Below are positions 17,488 through 27,445 of a DNA stretch of 62,562 nt, in pieces. The stretch is taken from UHGV virus genome UHGV-0106067, one strand, 5' to 3'. The notes under the pieces were generated by a model, which was not told where the DNA came from, did no database searches, and saw only the letters and a program-made list of their open reading frames with translations. The first letter of the stretch is position 1, and each line of letters opens with the position of its first letter. The translations under genes and the position numbers were made by a program. Source of the stretch: a virus.

Positions 17488-17769
17488 ATGAACGCATACC
17501 TCACCTGCGACCGCATAGAGGAGCGTCGCTGGATTAATCAGCAAATTCAGGATGAAAAGGATAAATGGATTGATGATCGGGCGCAGGAGCTTATCAGCAT
17601 GTTCCCCGATAAACCATTGCTTATGAGCAGCCTTTTTTTACCCAAAGAAGCCCAACTGGCACTCACTGGCGAAAAAGCTGAAGAGGCGTACAACGATTAT
17701 ATCTCAGCGATCGCCTATGCTCGGGCGGAAGAAGAATGGGAGAGAAAATTCTCCCCCTGTCCTTTCTGA
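17488..17769 (+). CDS. hypothetical early protein
   Basis: 93-aa ORF. Confidence 0.35.
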   Translation: MNAYLTCDRIEERRWINQQIQDEKDKWIDDRAQELISMFPDKPLLMSSLFLPKEAQLALTGEKAEEAYNDYISAIAYARAEEEWERKFSPCPF

Positions 17770-17785
17770 TTTTCAGGACCAAAAA

Positions 17786-18736
17786 ATGTTCGATATCGTT
17801 GAATTTGTTAAGCAGCAGGAGCGCTTTTTCTGCGAGGCATTAACTGAACCGACGCTGACATGGGCGAAGGAAAGTCAGTTTGCAATTCAGCAATTCCAGA
17901 AAAATGCCTTTCTGGCTGACACAGCACGGGCAAATCTGCCCAGCGCACAGAACGCTATCATCAATGTTGCCGCCATCGGCATAACCCTGAACCCGGCCAG
18001 CAAGCTGGCGTATCTGGTCCCACGAAAAAAGGCTGTATGCCTGGATATCAGTTATATGGGGCTTCTGCATCTGGCACAGGTCACAGGAGCCATTCAGTGG
18101 GGGCAATGCAAACTTGTTTACGAGAAGGACATTTACGAGTCCAACGGTATTGACTGCGCCCCCACGCACAAATACAACCCATTCGTAGACAGGGGCGCAC
18201 GCATTGGCGGTTATTGTGTCGTAAAAACATCCGAAGGCGACTATCTGACCGAAGAGATGAGCAACAGGGAAATCGAGGTCATCAGGGCGTGCAGCAAAGC
18301 CGGAAATAACGGAGGAAGTAGCCCGTGGGATAGTTTCCCCGATGAAATGGCCCGCAAAGCCATTGTTAAACGCGCCAGCAAATACTGGCCCCGTCGCGAT
18401 CGCCTGGATACAGCTATCGACTACCTGAACACTCAGGCCGGTGAAGGTATTATCCTGAATGCTGATCACATCCCTGAGCGCGACGTCACTCCCGCATCAG
18501 ATGAGATTATCAATGAGATCACTCAGGCAATCACCGAAATCAACAAGAAATGGGATGACCTTCTCCCCGTATGTTCCAAAACATTCCGTCGCACGATTGC
18601 ATCACATGAAGATCTCACGCAGGAAGAAGCCGTCAAAACGCTGGATTTTGTCAAAAAGAAAGCTGCCAGAAACAAGGCCACGGCGGAAGCGAAAGTTCAC
18701 GCCACCACGGAAAATAACAGCGAGGCCGTGTCATGA
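17786..18736 (+). CDS. recT: RecT-family single-strand annealing recombinase
   Basis: RecT core (AAIGITLNP...YLVPR...GYCVVKT). Start set at the internal ATG 17786. Followed by exo. Confidence 0.7.
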   Translation: MFDIVEFVKQQERFFCEALTEPTLTWAKESQFAIQQFQKNAFLADTARANLPSAQNAIINVAAIGITLNPASKLAYLVPRKKAVCLDISYMGLLHLAQVTGAIQWGQCKLVYEKDIYESNGIDCAPTHKYNPFVDRGARIGGYCVVKTSEGDYLTEEMSNREIEVIRACSKAGNNGGSSPWDSFPDEMARKAIVKRASKYWPRRDRLDTAIDYLNTQAGEGIILNADHIPERDVTPASDEIINEITQAITEINKKWDDLLPVCSKTFRRTIASHEDLTQEEAVKTLDFVKKKAARNKATAEAKVHATTENNSEAVS

Positions 18737-19431
18737 CACCAGAAATTATTCTCCAGCGAACTGGCGTGGATATTACCAGCCTCGACCAGGGCGATGATGG
18801 ATGGCACAAGCTGAGACTCGGTGTTATCACTGCTTCAGAAGTTCACAACGTCATAGCCAAACCACGTTCAGGCAGCAAATGGCCTGATACAAAAATGTCA
18901 TACTTCCACACCCTGCTGGCTGAAGTTTGTACTGGCGTGGCACCGGAAGTTAACGCTAAGTCGCTCGCATGGGGAAAGCAATACGAAGATGATGCCCGTG
19001 CCCTCTTCGAATTTATCGCGGATGTTACCGTCTCGGAAACGCCAATAATTTTTCGTGACGAAAGCATGCGCACCGCCTGCTCTCCCGACGGTTTATGCAG
19101 CGACGGTAACGGTCTTGAGCTTAAATGCCCCTTCACTTCCCGCGACTTCATGAAGTTCCGGCTTGGCGGCTTTGACGCTATCAAGCCTGCTTACATGGCC
19201 CAGGTGCAATTCAGCATGTGGGTTACAGACAAGGACGCCTGGTACTTCGCCAACTACGACCCACGTATGAAGCGTGAAGGCCTGCATTATGTCGTGGTCG
19301 AGCGGGATGAAAAGTACATGGCGAGTTTTGATGAGATGGTGCCGGAGTTCATCGACAAAATGGACGAAGCACTGGCGGAAATTGGTTTTGTATTTGGAGA
19401 ACAATGGGGGGGGTTAATAACTAATGGATGA
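18733..19431 (+). CDS. exo: lambda Exo (Red-alpha) 5'-3' exonuclease
   Basis: [47 protein letters not shown]... is near-identical to lambda Exo over its full length. Confidence 0.9.
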   Translation: MTPEIILQRTGVDITSLDQGDDGWHKLRLGVITASEVHNVIAKPRSGSKWPDTKMSYFHTLLAEVCTGVAPEVNAKSLAWGKQYEDDARALFEFIADVTVSETPIIFRDESMRTACSPDGLCSDGNGLELKCPFTSRDFMKFRLGGFDAIKPAYMAQVQFSMWVTDKDAWYFANYDPRMKREGLHYVVVERDEKYMASFDEMVPEFIDKMDEALAEIGFVFGEQWGGLITNG

Positions 19432-20011
19432 TGTAATTTTTACTTACAATGAAGAATCAGCACTAACCGCCGGACAAGGTGGTTTTATTACCGAAACGGG
19501 TGCGCATATCATTAACATCACCGAAGCAGAACTCAAGCAATCAGAAAAAGGTGCCCGATTCATTGAGTTTTCTGGAGAATCCGACGACGGACGGAAAATC
19601 CAATATCTCAGTGTTTGTGTTCAGAAGAATGACGGCACTGAAAATAAATTTGGGGCGAGCATTATTCACGCCATGATGGGATGCACAGGAATTGGGCAGT
19701 TAACGCAACATATGGTTTCCGTCAGTAAATATGTTGCACCTGAGTTTCACGGAAAGAAAATCGGGTTAGTGCTCCAGAAAGTATTAACCACAAACAGAAA
19801 GACTGGCGCAGACAGTTACCAGATGGAAATCCGCATTCCATTCATTGCAGAAACAGGGCAGACACTGAAAGAAAAAGCTGAAGGAAAGAAACCAGAAACG
19901 GTAGCAAATATGGTTTCCACTCTCAAAGACAAAGACAATCGCAGCAAAAACGCAAACCCGAATCACACGGACGACCCGGGTTACTGGCAGTACGGTGGCG
20001 ATAACTTTTAA
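19424..20011 (+). CDS. hypothetical protein
   Basis: 195-aa ORF overlapping the exo stop. Confidence 0.4.
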   Translation: MDDVIFTYNEESALTAGQGGFITETGAHIINITEAELKQSEKGARFIEFSGESDDGRKIQYLSVCVQKNDGTENKFGASIIHAMMGCTGIGQLTQHMVSVSKYVAPEFHGKKIGLVLQKVLTTNRKTGADSYQMEIRIPFIAETGQTLKEKAEGKKPETVANMVSTLKDKDNRSKNANPNHTDDPGYWQYGGDNF

Positions 20012-20085
20012 TTCACAAACAAAACCAGGCTTTAAATGCAGTGAACAACTGAAGCCTTAACACACCTCTACACGGAGATATTAAT

Positions 20086-20433
20086 ATGAACCAGCATCAA
20101 ACTGATGTTAATGTTTTCATTAACGACCTCGACGGCGGGGTATTTGTTAACAAACTTGGTGCGGTATTAAGTGAAGTTGCCTTTGGCGTAAACAGCACAA
20201 ACAAAAAAGGAAAGGTATGTGTTGAATTCGAATTATCTTCACTTGATGAAAATCGCGTATCAGTTTCCCATAAACTAAAATTCACACGCCCGACAATGCG
20301 TGGTAGTAAATCAGAAGAAGATACGACTAACACACCAATGTTTGTAAATAAAGGTGGTGAGCTTACTTTGTTCCAGAAAGACCAGGGACAGGTTTTTGAT
20401 AAACAGGGCCAACATGACGCTGTTTTACGCTGA
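20086..20433 (+). CDS. hypothetical protein
   Basis: 115-aa ORF. Confidence 0.35.
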   Translation: MNQHQTDVNVFINDLDGGVFVNKLGAVLSEVAFGVNSTNKKGKVCVEFELSSLDENRVSVSHKLKFTRPTMRGSKSEEDTTNTPMFVNKGGELTLFQKDQGQVFDKQGQHDAVLR

Positions 20434-20496
20434 ATAATCCCCGCCTTAAAACGCTCGCGCATTATCCCTAAATACATAAATTAAAGGTAAACATAC

Positions 20497-21318
20497 ATGT
20501 CTCAGTTAGATAGCAATGCCATTAAAGAAATTGTAAAACTCACCACTACTGCTTTTTCTGGTGAAAATTTGCCGCTTACGGAATGCCCTGTTGCGTTATT
20601 GCCGGACAATGTAAATATCGAAAGTCTGGAACAATTCATGACAGAACGTTTTCGTTTCCGTGGAGTCATGACCACAACCAGTATTGATGACTTTGTTGAA
20701 TACAGCAAAGGGTATGCCGATGAGTGCTCCCGCTGCTTCATTAACGCGGAAACGATGAAAGCAGTCACTGTGTTCAATATCGGCACTCTGGAGCAACCTG
20801 GACACGCTGACAACAAGGCACTGCTGGAACTGAAAGCCACATCACCATATCGCGCATTACGTGACGTGGACGGCAAAAAACAACTCCAGAAATCTCTCGC
20901 TGAATGGCTGGAAGACTGGGCCGACTTCCTCACAGCCTATGACAGCGACGGTAATGTGCTGGATATCAAACAGGCGATCTCTGCTGTCCGTCGTCTTACC
21001 ATCGACGCAAAACGCAGTGCTGAATATGAAGAGCAAAACTTCAGCGGTAGCCGCTCAGTCATGGAGTCCGTTGAGGCTAAAAGCAAAGAAATCATGCCTG
21101 CCACTTTCCGCTTTGAATGCATCCCATACGAGGGCCTGGGCAACAGGGAATTCACGCTGCGATTAAGCATTCTGACAAGCGAACAACCTGTTCTGGTGCT
21201 ACGTATCGTGCGTGTTGAAGCTGCGGAAGAAGAAATTGCCAAAGAGTTCCGTGACCTGCTGAAAGAGCGTTTCGAAGAAGAAGATATCTTAACCTTCATC
21301 GGCACGTTCTCAGTGTGA
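20497..21318 (+). CDS. DUF2303 (YfdQ-like) prophage protein
   Basis: 273 aa. Recognised as the YfdQ family common in lambdoid early-left regions. Confidence 0.45.
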   Translation: MSQLDSNAIKEIVKLTTTAFSGENLPLTECPVALLPDNVNIESLEQFMTERFRFRGVMTTTSIDDFVEYSKGYADECSRCFINAETMKAVTVFNIGTLEQPGHADNKALLELKATSPYRALRDVDGKKQLQKSLAEWLEDWADFLTAYDSDGNVLDIKQAISAVRRLTIDAKRSAEYEEQNFSGSRSVMESVEAKSKEIMPATFRFECIPYEGLGNREFTLRLSILTSEQPVLVLRIVRVEAAEEEIAKEFRDLLKERFEEEDILTFIGTFSV

Positions 21319-21394
21319 TGAAATCTGTGACAGGGACGTCACGACATATCGCTCATATTTCACGAGAAAATACACAGTTCCAGGAGGGTATACT

Positions 21395-21838
21395 ATGCAA
21401 TTTAAAGATTTACCAGAGGATATTCAGAAAATAGCTGCGGATACGCTTAAAGCCCATTTATCGGTGCTTGATTTAACAAAGGAACCAAAGGCGAATCTGG
21501 AAAATATATCCCGTAACGTGCGAAATGTTTTTGTCGGGCTGTATGCTTATGACAATGAAAAGCACGAGGAACATATTCAAAATGGTTGCATTAATAAATG
21601 TCAACAAAATATCAAACTTCCTGTTGCTGCTAAAACAGAGCAGAAAACAGATGTATTAGTATTCTGGAATACCGTTGAGGCTATCGCCAGGAGCACGATG
21701 TTGGAGTTTAACAACATCAATCATTCCGGGATCGACACTCATCAATCATCACATCGTGAGGGGTTTTCCATTCTTCTAACTCTGTTACAAGAGCAAGGCG
21801 AATATCCTCAGCCGACATCAAACGACACTGGGCAATAG
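21395..21838 (+). CDS. hypothetical protein
   Basis: 147-aa ORF. Confidence 0.35.
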   Translation: MQFKDLPEDIQKIAADTLKAHLSVLDLTKEPKANLENISRNVRNVFVGLYAYDNEKHEEHIQNGCINKCQQNIKLPVAAKTEQKTDVLVFWNTVEAIARSTMLEFNNINHSGIDTHQSSHREGFSILLTLLQEQGEYPQPTSNDTGQ

Positions 21839-21945
21839 TCTATTCACGTACGCTGCAACGTGAGGTCGTACCCCGGACACGGGTAAACATCCGGCAATTC
21901 CAGCTTACCACCTATTTAACCCCCTCCCCGTAACGAGACGAAGAA

Positions 21946-22824
21946 ATGAGCACTCATCATGTTGTGAGTTTTTCAGGCGGTCGGACATCGGCGTACCTCG
22001 TCCACCTTATGGAGCAACGAAGAAAAGCTGGTGAAAACGTTCATTACATACTCATGGATACGGGATGTGAACACCCGCTGACGTACCGGTTTATTCGGGA
22101 GGTTGTGAAGTTCTGGGATATTCCGCTAACCGTGTTGCAGGTCGATATAAATCCAGAGCTTGGGCAGCCAAATGGTTATACGGAATGGGAACCAAAGGAT
22201 ATTCAGACGCGAATGCCGGTGCTTAAACCGTTTATGGACATGGTAAAAAAATATGGCACGCCATACATCGGCGGCGCGTTCTGCACTGACAGATTAAAAC
22301 TCACCCCCTTCACAAAATACTGCGATGACCATTTCGGACAAGGGAACTACATCACGTGGCTGGGTATTCGTGCAGACGAACCCCGTAGGCTGAAACCGAA
22401 ACCGGGCGTCCGGTATCTTGCCGAACTGTCAGATTTTGATAAGTCGGATGTTATCCGGTGGTGGCGAAAACAACCTTTTGATTTGCAAATCCCGGAGCAC
22501 CTCGGGAACTGTGTTTTCTGCATCAAAAAGTCAACGCAAAAGCTGGGGCTTGCATGTAAAGACGAACCTGGTCTGATGCGGGTTTTTAATGAACTGGTTA
22601 CAGGCAAACACGTCAGGGATGGTCATCGCAGAACAGGTAAAGACGTTATGTACCGTGGTCACCTGACGCTTGACGGGATTGCCAGGATGTATGCCGACAG
22701 CGACTACAGCAATTTGTATCAAGCGATGGTGCTGGCCAAGCGGTTTGATACTGGTTCGTGTTCCGAATCATGTGAAATCTGGGGTGACCAATTGGAGTTG
22801 AAATTCGAAGAGGTAGTGGCATGA
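21946..22824 (+). CDS. phosphoadenosine-phosphosulfate reductase family protein (PP-loop ATP pyrophosphatase, DndC-like)
   Basis: N-terminal PP-loop VVSFSGGRTSAY. Length and Cys pattern are typical of the phage PAPS-reductase family. Confidence 0.65.
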   Translation: MSTHHVVSFSGGRTSAYLVHLMEQRRKAGENVHYILMDTGCEHPLTYRFIREVVKFWDIPLTVLQVDINPELGQPNGYTEWEPKDIQTRMPVLKPFMDMVKKYGTPYIGGAFCTDRLKLTPFTKYCDDHFGQGNYITWLGIRADEPRRLKPKPGVRYLAELSDFDKSDVIRWWRKQPFDLQIPEHLGNCVFCIKKSTQKLGLACKDEPGLMRVFNELVTGKHVRDGHRRTGKDVMYRGHLTLDGIARMYADSDYSNLYQAMVLAKRFDTGSCSESCEIWGDQLELKFEEVVA

Positions 22825-23024
22825 CAATCGTAAAAACCCATACCGGCATTGTGATCACCAAAGACGGCCCGCAGGTAAAAAAACTTCACCAGACAGAGCG
22901 GATGTGGGTCGTCGGCAAAAACGAGTTTTACCACAAAGAAACCGGACGCCGCCACTTTGCAGAAAATACGCGCCGCAGACTGCTGATCGACACAATCAAG
23001 CCTGTCGAGGTGAAGCATGTTTAA
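22821..23024 (+). CDS. hypothetical protein
   Basis: 67-aa ORF, overlapping stops in an operon. Confidence 0.3.
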   Translation: MTIVKTHTGIVITKDGPQVKKLHQTERMWVVGKNEFYHKETGRRHFAENTRRRLLIDTIKPVEVKHV

Positions 23025-23256
23025 ACAGAACGAAAAATCTATCGCTCAAATTGCTGAGTATATCCCGCGTACGTGCCGGGGTATGCAGTTGCAAGAAGCC
23101 AAAGCGCGCCTGGAGAAAAAAATTGCGCTCTATATCGATGACGGCTGTGATGCTGCCGTTCTTAACGCGGCTTTCGCACCAGCTCTTAACTGTCATACGC
23201 GGGAATCTTTTTTTTCGTGCATCGCAGCGCAGATCCACAAAGGAGGCAACCAGTGA
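23017..23256 (+). CDS. hypothetical protein
   Basis: 79-aa ORF. Confidence 0.3.
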   Translation: MFKQNEKSIAQIAEYIPRTCRGMQLQEAKARLEKKIALYIDDGCDAAVLNAAFAPALNCHTRESFFSCIAAQIHKGGNQ

Positions 23257-23735
23257 GCAAGATTGACTATCAGGCACTGCGTGATGCGGCAGTAGCAATT
23301 GAAACAGTAGCAACGCCTCAGAAATTGCTGGCATTTCGTATGAAAGTCACACCTCAGGTTGTGCTGGCACTGCTGGATGAACGGGAAAGAAACCAGCAAT
23401 ACATCAAACGCCGCGACCATGAGAACGAGGATATTGCGCTAACGGTAGGGAAGCTGCGTGTTGAGCTTGAGGAAGCAAAATCAAAACTCAACGAGCAGCG
23501 TGAGTATTACGAAGGTGTTATCTCGGATGGGAGTAAGCGCATAGCAGAGTTAGAAAGTGATTCTCAGGAACAAAAGTTAGTTGAAGCAATCATTGTTGCG
23601 ATAGAAAACGAACAGGAACGTCTTTTTGATGAAGATTACCTAATGGATTCGAAAGAATGCATTGACGTAATTCGTGAAGAAGTAAAGCGATGGAATGATT
23701 CCCGCGCCGCTGGCATTCGCATCAAAGGAGAGTGA
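23253..23735 (+). CDS. hypothetical coiled-coil protein (GTG start after SD AAAGGAGG)
   Basis: Strong SD 6 nt before GTG 23253. Confidence 0.4.
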   Translation: MSKIDYQALRDAAVAIETVATPQKLLAFRMKVTPQVVLALLDERERNQQYIKRRDHENEDIALTVGKLRVELEEAKSKLNEQREYYEGVISDGSKRIAELESDSQEQKLVEAIIVAIENEQERLFDEDYLMDSKECIDVIREEVKRWNDSRAAGIRIKGE

Positions 23736-23736
23736 G

Positions 23737-24492
23737 ATGATTCACTACCACGGTGGGCCTATTACTCCTGATACGTGCGCAATGAGAGCATGGAAAGGGC
23801 GACATGCGTTTATCAGTTTTGCGCATTCAGGCCAGATCAATCTCGCGGCTGAATACTGTCAGTCGTTCGCGCTGGACAACGGTGCATTCACCGCCTGGAA
23901 AGCAGCTGGCAAAAACAAAATCGACTGGAGCGATTACTACGAGTTTGTTGCTCGCTGGAAGAATCACCCAGGATTCGATTTTGCCATTATCCCGGATGTT
24001 ATTGATGGCGGAGAGGAGGAAAATGATGCGCTTCTGAATGAGTGGCCTCACGGAAAACTAGCTGGCGTTCCAGTGTGGCACATGAATGAAAGTGACGAGC
24101 GATTTATTCATTTGTGCAATGAGTTTCCGCGAGTGGCTATCGGTAGTTGTGGCGACTATGACGTAAAGCGCCCAACTCTTGCGGTAGCCAGAATGAAAGA
24201 CCTGATTCGTCACATTGTTGATGGGCATGGTCAGCCGGTTACGAAACTACATGGATTGCGCATGTTAAATCCGCTGATATTCACAAAATTACCCTTAGCC
24301 AGCGCAGATAGTACGAACGTCGCTCGAAACATCGGTATTGATAAAGCCTGGTCTGGGGCTTATGCACCTGCAAGTAAAGAGACACGCGCAGCATTAATGG
24401 TAGAACGGATTGAGGCACACAATAGCCCTGGTTCTCTTGCGTATTGTGAACAACGCGACCGCTTTGAAATGCAATTGCAACTAGCAGTTTAA
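23737..24492 (+). CDS. hypothetical protein (MIHYHGGPITPDT...)
   Basis: ATG 23737 after SD AAAGGAGAG. 252 aa. Confidence 0.4.
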   Translation: MIHYHGGPITPDTCAMRAWKGRHAFISFAHSGQINLAAEYCQSFALDNGAFTAWKAAGKNKIDWSDYYEFVARWKNHPGFDFAIIPDVIDGGEEENDALLNEWPHGKLAGVPVWHMNESDERFIHLCNEFPRVAIGSCGDYDVKRPTLAVARMKDLIRHIVDGHGQPVTKLHGLRMLNPLIFTKLPLASADSTNVARNIGIDKAWSGAYAPASKETRAALMVERIEAHNSPGSLAYCEQRDRFEMQLQLAV

Positions 24493-24502
24493 GGACTAAC
24501 AA

Positions 24503-24901
24503 ATGACCACTATTACTAAAGAACGTATTGAATTGTTCATTAAAAATCAGCTTGAAAACGGGCTTACTCGTAGCGAACAAATGGAAGTGGCACGGATTGC
24601 TTTGGCATCGCTGGAAGCAGAACCTGTAAGCCAAACTTACAAGTTGAACGAGCTATCTGGCAACTCTCCGGTAACTCCGGATGGTTGGATAAGCTGTAGT
24701 GAGCGAATGCCGAACGATAAACAGTATGTTTGGTGTTGGGGTAAGTCTTACGGCTGGACTGAGTGCGATACCTTCGAAGGGTATTACGATTGGTCGAGAA
24801 ACAAATGGTGGGCAGTTACTGACAATGGGGAAGAACCGGCATCGAAAGTAACCCACTGGATGCCGCTACCAGAACCTCCGCAGGAGGTTAACCGTGGCTA
24901 A
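24503..24901 (+). CDS. DUF551 domain protein
   Basis: C-terminal W...VTHWMPLPEPP signature of DUF551. Confidence 0.5.
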   Translation: MTTITKERIELFIKNQLENGLTRSEQMEVARIALASLEAEPVSQTYKLNELSGNSPVTPDGWISCSERMPNDKQYVWCWGKSYGWTECDTFEGYYDWSRNKWWAVTDNGEEPASKVTHWMPLPEPPQEVNRG

Positions 24902-25175
24902 CCTGCAACTTGCCGTCAAAGGTGAATACTTCGATGCCATGATTCGCGGGGAGAAAACGGAAGAGTATCGCTTGTGTAATGACTACTGGAATAAGCGAAT
25001 CATGTTCCGGGAATATGACCGCCTGATTATCACAAAGGGATATCCGAAGCGCGACGATTCCAGCCGCAGAATTGATATTCCGTATGGCGGATATGAAATC
25101 AAGACAATCACACATCCGCACTTCGGTGATAAACCGGTAAAGGTATACGCGATAAAGGTAAATATTGATGGCTAA
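24894..25175 (+). CDS. ASCH/DUF3850-like small protein
   Basis: 93 aa MANLQLAVKGEYFDAMIRGEKTEEYR... Confidence 0.35.
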   Translation: MANLQLAVKGEYFDAMIRGEKTEEYRLCNDYWNKRIMFREYDRLIITKGYPKRDDSSRRIDIPYGGYEIKTITHPHFGDKPVKVYAIKVNIDG

Positions 25176-25264
25176 ATCAGCAGCAGAGCGCAACTAACAA
25201 TCCTCGCACTCGCGGGGATTTCTTTTATGCGAACTCGCTACGGCGAGCTTGAGAGGTTAACACG

Positions 25265-26002
25265 ATGAAAAATAATATAATGAAAAATGGAACTATCGAC
25301 AGCCAGGCTCTGTTGAAAATGGTGAATGAAGCGCGGAGACTGTGCGGTGAAAAAGAAGTACGCAACAACGACTTCATTGCACGCATCAAAGATGAACTTG
25401 AGGGGGAGGGTTACGAAAATTTCGTAACCCCCATGGATAAGAAAAAAGGTGGTGCGGATCAGGTTGTTATTGTGATGACCTATAAACAAGCGCTTCGGGT
25501 TGCCGCTCGTGAATCTAAATCCGTCCGTCGTTCGCTGGTCGATCAACTGGAGTCAATGCAACAGCAACTGCAACAAAAAACCACCACGAAACATTCGACT
25601 AACGGCCTTGAGGAATTCCGCAAAGCGCGGGCGCTGAAAATGACCGTCGATACAATGAAAGACCTTTTCGGATTCCTCCCCAACCTTGCCCCTGAAGCCA
25701 AACAGGTCGTTGCCGCCAGCCTGGTTAATCCCGTTGTAGGCGCTAACGTAATCCCGCTACCGATGATCAATGAACATTACTATTCGGCGTCAGAAGTTGG
25801 AGTGCAACTCAAAATATCCGCTAACAAGGTTGGTCGCATTGCCAATACCTACATGCTCAAAACAGAACAATACGGGAAATGGTTCATCGACAAATCCCCG
25901 CACTCGGATAAGCAGGTAGAAACCTTTCGCTATAATAATCGGGGAGTACAGAAGATCGAAGAAATCCTGGAGGCGGAGAACAACGCAGAGTTTGGAACAT
26001 GA
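25265..26002 (+). CDS. putative phage regulatory/antirepressor-like protein
   Basis: 245 aa with an SD. Family not confidently recognised. Confidence 0.3.
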   Translation: MKNNIMKNGTIDSQALLKMVNEARRLCGEKEVRNNDFIARIKDELEGEGYENFVTPMDKKKGGADQVVIVMTYKQALRVAARESKSVRRSLVDQLESMQQQLQQKTTTKHSTNGLEEFRKARALKMTVDTMKDLFGFLPNLAPEAKQVVAASLVNPVVGANVIPLPMINEHYYSASEVGVQLKISANKVGRIANTYMLKTEQYGKWFIDKSPHSDKQVETFRYNNRGVQKIEEILEAENNAEFGT

Positions 26003-26075
26003 CATCCCCGTCGTGAATGACGGGGGGGAGGCTTACTGTGTGTCGGAGTAGTATTTACGTGTTCAGAAAAGAGAT

Positions 26076-26750
26076 TCATATAGAGGCTGAATCTGATCTT
26101 TTTTGGTCACATCTGGCTTCCACCATTGCAGGCAGAGTGAAGGCGTAGACTAAAAACATTTCGGTAAAACTCAGTATCTGGCTTGCCTCAATTGGTGTGA
26201 ATACTTCATCTGTATGAACTGCTTTATTGGCATCTATTCGTACAATATGAGCCCATTCCTTCATCTGTTCAGTGATCAGGCCTTTTTTGTAAATCATCTG
26301 AATACGTTGCGACAGAGATTCTTTTCCTGCTTCATCGCCGAGCAGTTTTTTCGTTGAGATATCGAGGACTCTGCGACAAAGAATAACCACTGTGTCGTAC
26401 CGCCTCCTCTGTAAATCCTCTTTTGCCTCAACAAAAGTACGGTCTGCAACCGGGGGCGTATATTCTGGTGCGGTAATTTTTTTGACCGCAGGATAGATCT
26501 TGCGGAAACGGTACTGGCTATTTCCTGAAATCAGAATATCAAGGTCTTTTTTCTGGCTTTCCGCCATAGGGCCGTGATAGTGGTCTGATGGGATTTCAAC
26601 AATAGCAACACCTCCTTGATGACAACTTCTGCATACAAAAGCGACGTTAAAAAGAGGTGTTTTTTCAATTTGTTTTTCGGCAAATGCCTCAATAACAGCT
26701 CGCTCTTTTAAACAGTGCGGGCATGTAATGTCAAAGGAGACTAAACCCAT
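26076..26750 (-). CDS. Zn-ribbon plus DUF4145 domain protein (DUF4145 is frequent in abortive-infection/restriction contexts)
   Basis: MGLVSFDITCPHC...CRSC Zn ribbon. C-terminal YDTVVILCRRVLDISTKKLLG...IDANKAVH block is typical of DUF4145. SD GAGGA. Confidence 0.5.
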   Translation of the reverse strand: MGLVSFDITCPHCLKERAVIEAFAEKQIEKTPLFNVAFVCRSCHQGGVAIVEIPSDHYHGPMAESQKKDLDILISGNSQYRFRKIYPAVKKITAPEYTPPVADRTFVEAKEDLQRRRYDTVVILCRRVLDISTKKLLGDEAGKESLSQRIQMIYKKGLITEQMKEWAHIVRIDANKAVHTDEVFTPIEASQILSFTEMFLVYAFTLPAMVEARCDQKRSDSASI

Positions 26751-27277
26751 GGATATTCCTCGCGAAATTAAAGAAATTAACGAAATCATTGAGGTTACTG
26801 ATCGCCCCGAGTTTACCCTCATGTGGCGCTATGAAACAGGAACCGACGAGCAAAAATACATCATGGTTGCAGCATTGGCTGTGATGGCGATAGAAAGGGA
26901 GCGGATGGAAAGGAACGTAATAGTTATTCCTGAGAGAAATGATTCACCGGATCTGAGATGGCAGGGGCCGGAGTGGATGTGGCAATCCGGTGATGATATT
27001 TCTTCTCTGGGGGAAGCGCCGCCAGAATGACGGCGCGGTAGTGAAGGTAATCAAACATTTATGGCCTGAATCCCGTTTTTTTCAATAACGGAAAGAAGCG
27101 CGCCGCGCCGGGCGGAAACAGAAACGATGGGAGGGTGCATGTAAGGCGTTGCAAGAACTGAATAAATACCGTGACTTGATCAACGAATTGTCAGAGTGAG
27201 CGAAGCGGGAATCCACGTCCTTTAGGGCGTGGATGATATCAGGCTGTTGAAATACATGTAGAAAAGGAGCGCATACT

Positions 27278-27445
27278 ATGACCGAAAAAGAGGTTTCTGA
27301 TTTGTTACAAAAAAGGCGCACAGCTTTGTATAATTTGCGAAAAAAACACGGATTCCCGGAACCAGTACTTACTCATCCGGCGCGATATAGTCGTCAGGCC
27401 GTTGAACAATGGCTTAAAGCCGGAGGAATTAACCGAGCTGTTTAG
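27278..27445 (+). CDS. xis: AlpA-family excisionase/transcription regulator (Xis-like), 55 aa
   Basis: Manual translation MTEKEVSDLLQKRRTALYNLRKKHGFPEPVLTHPARYSRQAVEQWLKAGGINRAV. AlpA-type HTH. SD AAAAGGAG. Confidence 0.55.
   Translation: MTEKEVSDLLQKRRTALYNLRKKHGFPEPVLTHPARYSRQAVEQWLKAGGINRAV

Noticed and set aside
26749..27030. 93-aa plus-strand ORF sharing its start codon palindrome with the DUF4145 gene
   Set aside because: Plausible but unsupported. No family recognised, and its SD would lie inside the opposite gene's coding start. Kept out of the feature list (confidence below 0.3).
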